IMG/VR virus record: IMGVR_UViG_3300028536_000002
Span: 1-56,400 of that record
DNA length: 56,400 nt
From: a virus
Strand: one strand, 5' to 3'
A model generated the notes under the pieces. It saw only the letters and a program-made list of their open reading frames with translations. It was not told the origin of the DNA and searched no databases. How positions within the stretch are numbered: the first letter of the stretch is position 1; each line of letters opens with the position of its first letter. Shown one piece after another: positions 50,600 through 56,400 of this stretch. Both the position numbers and the translations under genes were made by a program.

Positions 50600-51654
50600 C
50601 CCGACCACGTCCAGGTCCGTCGGCGCCGGAGCTCGGCCAGCGCCTCCGGGTGCTCCTCGATCAGCGCGGCCAGCCCCTTGTTGTCGATCTTCCGGGCGGG
50701 CTGCGAGTAGTCCTCGAACCACTCGGGGTGGCGGCGTTGCCACGCCTGGTCCGCGCCGTCGATCTGCTTGCCCGGCTTCCACGACGCGATCGGCGTTCCG
50801 TCGGGCCACGCCAGCTCGCTCGCGTTGCCGGCGCGGGTCTGGAGCAGCGCGACGAGCCCGTCGTACTCGGCCTTGAGCGCGGCCAGCTCGACGTAGAGCT
50901 TGCGCGCCCGTCGCACCGCCTCGGCGTCCTCATCGGGCAGCAGCGCGACCGCGTCGACCGGGTCGCGGTAGAGCTGCTTGGGCAGCCCCGTCGACTTCTC
51001 CGACGGCGCCGGGGGCACGTCGGCCACGATGTGCTTGTCCCACCAGTGGTCAGCCCGGGTGAACATCGCCCGGATCAGCTCCTCGTCGCGGTCCATCCGC
51101 CGGTGCTGCACCCGGAACCGGGGGCCGAGCGCCACGAAGTGGATGTGGCCGCGTCCGGTGACGGCGAGCTGCCACTGCCCCTGGAACTGGAACCCGGTCG
51201 GGACGGTGTCGTTGCCGTCATCGTCGAACCACTCATCGAAGCTGGACTGCACCTTGGCCTCGATCAGGCACTTGCCGGCGGGGCAGATCGACAGCGAGTC
51301 GACGGTGGCCCCGCCGTTCGGGAACGCCCGGGACCGCATCAGGCCCTGCCTGCGGGTGGCGACCGGGAACGGCGCCTGCCGCTCAGCCCAGAACTTGATG
51401 ATCTCCCGCTCGAACGCCCGGCCCCGGGCCATCGACTCGGTCTCCGGCGACTCGTCGAGGCGGCCTGTCTTGTCGGCCCACAGACCGAATTCGTCCTTGT
51501 AGCCGTGGCCAAAGAGCACCGCGACGTCAGAGGCGCCGAGTAGCTTCCTGCGTTCGGCGCGCCACACGTCCAGGTCGACGTCCACGGAGCAGACGAGCGA
51601 GCCTCCTGGGCAGCTCCAGGGCCGGGCGATGCCGGCCAGGTCAGGATGGGTCAT
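50596..51654 (-). CDS. YqaJ-like (lambda Exo-type) recombination exonuclease with C-terminal extension
   Basis: ATG 51654 behind the leader. LLGASDVAVLFGHGY..FGLWADKTG, GRAFEREII and CLIEAKV (an ExK) match the YqaJ/PD-(D/E)xK signature. It pairs with the downstream RecT. Confidence 0.75.
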   Translation of the reverse strand: MTHPDLAGIARPWSCPGGSLVCSVDVDLDVWRAERRKLLGASDVAVLFGHGYKDEFGLWADKTGRLDESPETESMARGRAFEREIIKFWAERQAPFPVATRRQGLMRSRAFPNGGATVDSLSICPAGKCLIEAKVQSSFDEWFDDDGNDTVPTGFQFQGQWQLAVTGRGHIHFVALGPRFRVQHRRMDRDEELIRAMFTRADHWWDKHIVADVPPAPSEKSTGLPKQLYRDPVDAVALLPDEDAEAVRRARKLYVELAALKAEYDGLVALLQTRAGNASELAWPDGTPIASWKPGKQIDGADQAWQRRHPEWFEDYSQPARKIDNKGLAALIEEHPEALAELRRRRTWTWSG

Positions 51655-51704
51655 TGCGATCTCCCTTGGGTTGGGGGTTCGAGTATCGCGTGCAGCGCAG
51701 ACAA
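51655..51704 (-). promoter_or_regulatory. Degenerate cassette copy
   Basis: In - sense: TTGTCTGC...GATACT (51687-51682), then CCCCCAACCCAAGGGAG and the ATG. Only one half-site is present, and the hexamer spacing is not canonical. Confidence 0.3.
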
Positions 51705-51715
51705 TTTTGCGGGCG

Positions 51716-51997
51716 TTAGCGGCCCCGGGTCGCGGCATAGATGCACAGCGCACCGAAGGCGATGACGCACCAGATGCCGAGCACGCCGAGTGCCCAGTGC
51801 CAGATCGTCCACCCGTGCGGCGGCGTGGGGTCGGCCTCGGCGGGGTCGTAGCGCCATCGGGTGATCACCAGCCTCTCGGTGCAGGGCCACTCGCCCTCGG
51901 GCGCCCAGCCGCACTGCGGCGGCGTGGGCGGCCCGAGGGGTGCGGGTTCGACGCGGCCCCGGTGGACGGGGCAGCCATAGATGGCGTAGAAGCTCAC
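51716..51997 (-). CDS. Small protein with C-terminal TM helix (93 aa)
   Basis: Track ORF; WALGVLGIWCVIAFGALCIYAA. Confidence 0.5.
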   Translation of the reverse strand: MSFYAIYGCPVHRGRVEPAPLGPPTPPQCGWAPEGEWPCTERLVITRWRYDPAEADPTPPHGWTIWHWALGVLGIWCVIAFGALCIYAATRGR

Positions 51998-52302
51998 AGC
52001 AGCCGGCCGGCTTGCCGGTACCCGAGCCGGTACAGCTCGGACAGGTCAGGCAGGTCGGTCAGGGTGCGGGCCAGCCGCTCGTCCAGCTCGGCCTCGACGA
52101 TGAGCCGGGCGCGCACCAGCCGGGACCGCAGCGCGTCGGACTCGGCCGTGGCCGGCCGGGAGACGGCGGCGAACGCGTCGATGCGCCAGCCGAGCTGTTC
52201 CTTGGCGCGGCACAGCCACTCGGTGGAGTGGTCGTGGAGCTGGGACGGGTGCTGCGGTGTCAGGTCGGCCAGCTCGATCCAGCCGTACTCGCGGTGGTTC
52301 AT
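51994..52302 (-). CDS. Hypothetical protein (102 aa)
   Basis: Track ORF; good codon bias. Confidence 0.5.
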   Translation of the reverse strand: MNHREYGWIELADLTPQHPSQLHDHSTEWLCRAKEQLGWRIDAFAAVSRPATAESDALRSRLVRARLIVEAELDERLARTLTDLPDLSELYRLGYRQAGRLL

Positions 52303-52526
52303 CGGCGTGCCTTCCTGTCGGCGTAGATCCGGTCGAGCCAGCCCGGGTACAGCGCCTCGACCGCGTCCACCAGTTTCACCATGCGCTCCAGGTGGACCCT
52401 CGGGTCGGTGTGGCGGGCCGGCTTGCGCAGCGACCGGTAGTTGGCCTCGGACAGGGACGTGATGACCTCGACTGCGGCCAGCGCCAGCTCCTGCTCGGGC
52501 GTGTAGTCAGCCACGGCTCGTCCCAT
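52299..52526 (-). CDS. Hypothetical protein (75 aa)
   Basis: Track ORF. Confidence 0.5.
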   Translation of the reverse strand: MGRAVADYTPEQELALAAVEVITSLSEANYRSLRKPARHTDPRVHLERMVKLVDAVEALYPGWLDRIYADRKARR

Positions 52527-52953
52527 CGCCGGGCGTCCAGTAGCCGTAGACGCAGCGGGTGCCGTCGCGGCTGGAGTCGTGGGTGTCGTGGAGCACCCCG
52601 TCGATGACGGCGGCGATGTGCTTTGACATCTGCACGATCACCCGTCCGGCGGGCAGCTCGTCGGCGCGGACGTGGACGGTGGTGCCGGTGCCGATGCCCA
52701 TCGTGGGCGTCCAGTGCCAGCCGAGATCGGCGAGCGTGGCGCGGGTGATGTCCTTGTGGATGCCGGTGCGGGCGCCCTCATTTCGGCGGCGCTCCTTGCG
52801 GTCGCGGGCGCGGCTGTTCAGCTCGTCGTAGACGTCGCGGTAGACCAGCCCGGTGCCGATGGCGATGGCGCGGGTGACGCAGTCCCCGGCTGTGCCCCGG
52901 AAGCCGGCGTCCGCCCGGCCGCCGTCGTCGTGGACCCAGTCGATGCCGGCCAT
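52507..52953 (-). CDS. Conserved phage protein with a Cys...His...Asp arrangement (possible papain-like hydrolase)
   Basis: HDDGGRADAGFRGTAGDCVTRAIAI ... SKHIAAVIDGVLHDTHD. I recognise the family pattern but not its function. Confidence 0.4.
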   Translation of the reverse strand: MAGIDWVHDDGGRADAGFRGTAGDCVTRAIAIGTGLVYRDVYDELNSRARDRKERRRNEGARTGIHKDITRATLADLGWHWTPTMGIGTGTTVHVRADELPAGRVIVQMSKHIAAVIDGVLHDTHDSSRDGTRCVYGYWTPGDGTSRG

Positions 52954-53192
52954 CAGCGGCCTCCGTCGATGTGGAGCACCTTGGCCGACTTCACCGTCGG
53001 CAAGAGGATCCGGGCGATGTCCACCTGGGCCAGGCCCAGCTCGGCCTCGTTCAGCCCGGCCTCGATCTTGCGGCGCGCGGCGCGGGCCAGCTCCAGCTCA
53101 CGGAAGTGGCCGTGCGCCGAGACGATCAGCGTGCCGTCCTCCATGTTCGAGGTGACCACGATCGTCCAGTAGGCGCGGGTCGGGGCCGGCAT
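52953..53192 (-). CDS. Hypothetical protein (79 aa)
   Basis: ATG 53192 in a TGATG overlap. Confidence 0.5.
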   Translation of the reverse strand: MPAPTRAYWTIVVTSNMEDGTLIVSAHGHFRELELARAARRKIEAGLNEAELGLAQVDIARILLPTVKSAKVLHIDGGR

Positions 53193-53542
53193 CACGCACC
53201 GTCCTTCGCGGTCGCGCGGCGGGCCGGCAGGCACCACAGCTTCCAGGTGGTGCCGATCACGCCGAGCGGGTCGGTCTCGGGCAGCCGGGTGGTGTTGGGC
53301 ATCTTGTCGATCTCGCGCCACTCGCGCAGTGCGGTCTCGCGCATCATCCCGGAGTAGCGGTGCGCCGAGATGACCCTGCCGCCACGCAGCCACACCACCC
53401 AGGTGACCTCGCTGGCCAGGAAGTCGGTCTTGGCGCCGTCGGAGGCTTGGCCGTCGAACCGGCCGACGAGCACGAGGTTGCCGTCCGCGTCGGTGGCCTT
53501 GAACACGTCGGCCAGCCGCGACTTCATGTACGGGGTATTCAT
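53192..53542 (-). CDS. Hypothetical protein (116 aa)
   Basis: ATG 53542 in a TGATG overlap. Confidence 0.5.
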   Translation of the reverse strand: MNTPYMKSRLADVFKATDADGNLVLVGRFDGQASDGAKTDFLASEVTWVVWLRGGRVISAHRYSGMMRETALREWREIDKMPNTTRLPETDPLGVIGTTWKLWCLPARRATAKDGA

Positions 53543-53706
53543 CACAGCCCCCGACGGGACAGGCCACGGCCGAGCACGCGGCGGAACGAACGCCGCAGCA
53601 GCCGGGGCAGCAGCGTGCCCCGGCGTGCGGCCTGATAGTCGCCGATGCTGCGCTGGGCGAGGTACAGATTGCGGCGGAAGGACTCCAGCCCGGAACGGCG
53701 GGCCAT
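53542..53706 (-). CDS. Arg-rich small protein (54 aa)
   Basis: Not in the track. ATG 53706 in a TGATG overlap. MARRSGLESFRRNLYLAQRSIGDYQAARRGTLLPRLLRRSFRRVLGRGLSRRGL. Confidence 0.45.
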   Translation of the reverse strand: MARRSGLESFRRNLYLAQRSIGDYQAARRGTLLPRLLRRSFRRVLGRGLSRRGL

Positions 53707-53945
53707 CACAGCTCACCGGCCCGGAGCTGAGCGTGGACGTCGGAGAGCTTCACGCCGGTGAGCAGCGAGATGGCCTGCTCCCAGCCGACCATCATCCCGG
53801 CGGCGAACATGTCCTGCTCGCGCGGCAGGCGCCCGGCGCGCTCCACGGCGCGGTGCCAGCGCGCACGCAGCTCCTCGACTGCGGTCACGTTCTGCTGCGC
53901 GGCGTCGACGAGCGGCTGGAGCTGCGCCCATGCCAGCGTGTTCAC
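53706..53945 (-). CDS. Hypothetical protein (79 aa)
   Basis: GTG 53945 in a GTGA overlap. Confidence 0.45.
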   Translation of the reverse strand: MNTLAWAQLQPLVDAAQQNVTAVEELRARWHRAVERAGRLPREQDMFAAGMMVGWEQAISLLTGVKLSDVHAQLRAGEL

Positions 53946-54241
53946 TCGGTCACCTCGCCACGGGTGAGGGCCAGGATGGCGGCCTTCGCGGTCATCGTGT
54001 GCTTGGCGCCGATGTTCCAGTCGGTGACGAGGTGGGCGGGGCAGTCCTCTTTCCAGTCGTAGATCGTGGCGATCAGCCCGTTGTCGTTCGCGAGGGTCCA
54101 CTCGGCCTGAGTCTTGTCGCCGTCGCCCGGGTCGGGCTGGCCGAGCATCGCGACCAGGTCGGCGTAGCTCATGTGCAGGACGTCACGGTGGAACGCGGTG
54201 CCGTTGGCGGCGCCGAGCTCGTGGGTGCGGAACCACGTCAT
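53942..54241 (-). CDS. First gene of the leftward early arm (99 aa)
   Basis: ATG 54241 behind the leader CCCCCACCCAAGGGAGAC. Confidence 0.55.
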   Translation of the reverse strand: MTWFRTHELGAANGTAFHRDVLHMSYADLVAMLGQPDPGDGDKTQAEWTLANDNGLIATIYDWKEDCPAHLVTDWNIGAKHTMTAKAAILALTRGEVTE

Positions 54242-54309
54242 GTCGGTCTCCCTTGGGTGGGGGTTGTCTTGTCACCCCAGACAATAGTCTGGTTGGTCAA
54301 GTCCAGCAA
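54242..54309 (-). promoter_or_regulatory. Promoter/operator/leader cassette (leftward, at the divergent junction)
   Basis: In - sense: TTGCTG (54309-54304), 17 nt, TATTGT (54286-54281). The -10 overlaps GTCTGG-N5-CAAGAC (54282-54266), with an extra CCAGAC (54292-54287). Then the leader. Confidence 0.6.
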
Positions 54310-54338
54310 TGCGGGCCGTTAGCCGGGTGCGAGCCGAC

Positions 54339-54403
54339 TTGACGAGCCGATCTTGATACCGCCAGTCTGTGCCTCCCAGACACGTCCCCACCCAGGAGAC
54401 CCG
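54339..54403 (+). promoter_or_regulatory. Rightward copy of the operator/leader
   Basis: In + sense: TTGACG (54339-54344) ... GATACC ... GTCTGT-N5-CCAGAC (54365-54381), CCCCACCCAGGAGAC, then ATG 54404. The hexamer spacing is not canonical. Confidence 0.4.
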
Positions 54404-54844
54404 ATGCTCGCGACCCTTGACCGGCTGACAGCACGAGCTGAGCGCTGCCCTGCGCCGGGCCACGTGCCGGCCGTGCTCGGTCCGTGCCTGCTATGGGGTG
54501 GCTGCCTCGACGGCGCCGGGTACGGGCAGATCACCGTCCAGGGACGCGACGAGCGAGTGCACCGGGTGGCCTGGGTCGAGAGGCACGGACCGATCCCGGC
54601 GGGCCTGATGGTGCTACACCGCTGCGACGTCCGACCGTGCATCGCCGACTGGCACCTTTGGCTCGGCACGCGCGCCGACAATATGGCCGACATGGTGGCC
54701 AAGGGCCGCGCGGGCAGCGGCCACGGCGCCGAGACGCACTGTCCGTCCGGCCACGCCTACGACGAGGCCAACACCTACCGGCGACCCAGCACGGGCTACC
54801 GCCAATGCCGTCAGTGCCGTGACGCTGCCCGGTCCGGGGGGTGA
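54404..54844 (+). CDS. HNH homing-type endonuclease (HNH_3-like)
   Basis: ATG 54404 (residue 18 of the track ORF). CLLWGGCLDGAGYGQITVQGRDERVHRVAWVERHGPIPAGLMVLHRCDVRPC..., then CPSGHAY..CRQC. Confidence 0.75.
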   Translation: MLATLDRLTARAERCPAPGHVPAVLGPCLLWGGCLDGAGYGQITVQGRDERVHRVAWVERHGPIPAGLMVLHRCDVRPCIADWHLWLGTRADNMADMVAKGRAGSGHGAETHCPSGHAYDEANTYRRPSTGYRQCRQCRDAARSGG

Positions 54845-54941
54845 CTTCGGACCCCACCCAAGGACTCGCGAAATCATCCCAGCTCCGAACCGGGCAGCTC
54901 CCAGAGCATAAGGGCTACCCACCGACCGAAAGGATCGACCG

Positions 54942-55958
54942 ATGAAGATCAGAGCCCTGCTCGCGGGCGTCGCGCTCGCACTGGGCGTGGCGGCCACAGC
55001 CGGCATCGCGCATGCCGGCGCATGGACCGCGACGCTCGACGGCGACGCGTCTTGCACCCCGGCGCCCCGCACCGCTACCGACACGTGGGTGGTGACGTGG
55101 GTTTACACCAACACGGAGGACAGCTCCGACCACGCGTTCATCACCGCCGAGTCTGACCAGCACTCCGGCGATCAGCAGCTCGTCGGCCACGAACTGGCCA
55201 GCGGTCAGGGCGGATTCCTCGTCGTCTCGTACCCGGCGAGCGCGGTCAGCGACACCCTGTCGCTGACGTTCACGTGGAAGAACGCGAAGGGCAACGTCGA
55301 TGACCACAAGATGGTCAAGGCGACCGTTAAGCAGCCCGAGGGCTGCACTGTGTACGTGCCGCCGACGGTGCCCGAGCCGGGCTGGACGCAGCAGGTCTGC
55401 GACGTCGACCACGGCGGCATCGCCACCCCGGCGTCCTACACCACGACAGCGGTGCCCAATGTGCACTACGACGTCACCGACGACGCCGGGCAGCACCCCA
55501 CCCAGCCAGCCGGGACTCACACGGTGCCGTTCCTGAATCAGCAAGACACCACCGTCTACGTCCAGGCCTGGGATGACACCCCCGGGGGCATAGTCGCGGT
55601 GATCCACCAGTGGACCCACGTGTTCAGCTACGCCACCTGCCCGAAGCCGGTGACCTCGACGCCGGTGACCCCGCCGTCATCTTCCAGCTCGCACGTGCCC
55701 CCGCCGGTGACCAGCTCCAGCCACACGCCGGTGCACAGCCAGCCGAAGTCCACAGCCGCGAAGCACGTCGCTGTCGCGTCGTCGAGCGCCCCCGCGCCGG
55801 CCCCGAGCACGTCGAGTAGCCCCGCAGCAGCGCTGGCCTCCACCGGCACCAGCTACCCGGCCGGCAAGGCGACCCTGATCGGGCTCGCCGCGCTCCTGGC
55901 CGGTCTCGGCCTGCTCACCGGCGGATGGTTCATGACCCGCACCCGGCGCGGCCACTAG
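54942..55958 (+). CDS. Secreted cell-wall-anchored surface protein with LAxTG (class E sortase) sorting signal
   Basis: AAAGGA lies 7 nt before the ATG. The signal peptide is MKIRALLAGVALALGVAATAGIAHA. A ~230-aa beta-rich domain is followed by a Ser/Pro/Thr stalk. The sorting signal is LASTG, a hydrophobic helix LIGLAALLAGLGLLTGGWFM and the basic tail TRTRRGH. Confidence 0.75.
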   Translation: MKIRALLAGVALALGVAATAGIAHAGAWTATLDGDASCTPAPRTATDTWVVTWVYTNTEDSSDHAFITAESDQHSGDQQLVGHELASGQGGFLVVSYPASAVSDTLSLTFTWKNAKGNVDDHKMVKATVKQPEGCTVYVPPTVPEPGWTQQVCDVDHGGIATPASYTTTAVPNVHYDVTDDAGQHPTQPAGTHTVPFLNQQDTTVYVQAWDDTPGGIVAVIHQWTHVFSYATCPKPVTSTPVTPPSSSSSHVPPPVTSSSHTPVHSQPKSTAAKHVAVASSSAPAPAPSTSSSPAAALASTGTSYPAGKATLIGLAALLAGLGLLTGGWFMTRTRRGH

Positions 55959-55985
55959 GCTGCCCCGGTCCCCCTTCGGACGACA

Positions 55986-56017
55986 GCGGCCCCGCACCCA
56001 TTAAGGTGCGGGGCCGC
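55986..56017. terminator. Bidirectional intrinsic terminator between convergent genes
   Basis: 13-bp perfect stem GCGGCCCCGCACC (55986-55998) / GGTGCGGGGCCGC (56005-56017) with a 6-nt loop; 28 nt after the + gene stop. Confidence 0.75.
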
Positions 56018-56169
56018 TCCGTTCCCCAAGGTTGACGCCCCGCCAGAATAGCGGCGGTAGTGCGATCCAGGTGGGCCGCCCCGGCTGCTCGGCCAGCCCA
56101 GGCGACCCCGTGCCGCCCCATCTCGTGCGGGGCCATCGGGCGCTTGTCCGAGGCGCGCCAATCGGTAGC

Positions 56170-56400
56170 TCAGGTGGCCGGCGCCGTGGTGATGCTAACA
56201 GCCTGCCCGTCGGCCGTCGGCGTCGCGACGACCGTCGCATTGGCCGGCGCGTACAACGGCTTGGCGGGCTTGCCGATCAGCCACCCGAGGGACGGCCACT
56301 TGGACTCCAGCCACCGGGCGAGCAGCCACCAGCCGTAGGCCAGGGCAAACCCCAGCAGCGGCGAGAGGATCTGCGTGGCGCGTTCGGTGTCGATGCCCAG
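56170..56400 (-). CDS. Holin-like protein, 3' part (56324..56400 duplicates 1..77)
   Basis: The frame is continuous with 1..188: ..WWLLARWLESKWPSLGWLIGKPAKPLYAPANATVVATPTADGQAVSITTAPAT, TGA at 56170-56172. The whole gene is 342 nt (113 aa). Confidence 0.6.
   Translation of the reverse strand: MGIDTERATQILSPLLGFALAYGWWLLARWLESKWPSLGWLIGKPAKPLYAPANATVVATPTADGQAVSITTAPAT
56324..56400. repeat. Window-wrap duplicate, identical to 1..77
   Basis: Exact 77/77 match to the start of the window. Confidence 0.95.

Noticed and set aside
28069-54403. The repeated about 40-60-nt cassettes as a possible CRISPR array or MITE family.
   Set aside because: The copies are kilobases apart. Each sits exactly in front of a start codon with promoter-like hexamers, and there are no regular short spacers or terminal inverted repeats of a transposon.

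Overview
The window holds one complete phage genome. The unit is 56,323 bp, and bases 1-77 recur exactly at 56324-56400, so the window wraps. It is a very GC-rich, siphovirus-type actinobacteriophage. Only two genes (54404-55958) are on the + strand; everything else is transcribed on the - strand.

Early/accessory arm (54241 down to about 25993, - strand read from high to low coordinates): this arm is split into operons, most of which open with a near-identical promoter/inverted-repeat/leader cassette. It encodes RecT plus a YqaJ-type exonuclease, DUF932, a ParB-like protein, a RusA-like resolvase, a WhiB-like regulator, small HTH/RHH regulators, four HNH endonucleases, ASCH and a QueD/PTPS-like protein. 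It also carries a coupled gene cluster that looks like a DNA thymidine-hypermodification pathway: a TET/JBP-type dioxygenase, a helical transferase-like protein, a Rossmann flavoprotein, a P-loop kinase and the ParB-like protein.

Late arm (25691 down to 1, continuing to 56170 across the wrap), in order: TerS, TerL, portal, a 1198-aa MuF/2H-phosphoesterase/protease fusion, an Acb2-like small protein, a scaffold-fused major capsid protein and a second capsid-fold protein with an FN3 insert. These are followed by a putative major tail protein, connector proteins, G/G-T chaperones (-1 frameshift), tape measure, Dit and Tal. The arm ends with three tandem C1q-like fibre paralogues, two membrane-anchored proteins (one coiled-coil, one collagen-like), the endolysin and a holin-like protein.

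I recognised no integrase, CI-like repressor, DNA polymerase, primase/helicase, tRNA or CRISPR array. All functional calls come from reading motifs by eye. No database search or folding program was run, and starts were refined from the ORF track using RBS, stop/start overlaps and codon-3 G/C bias.
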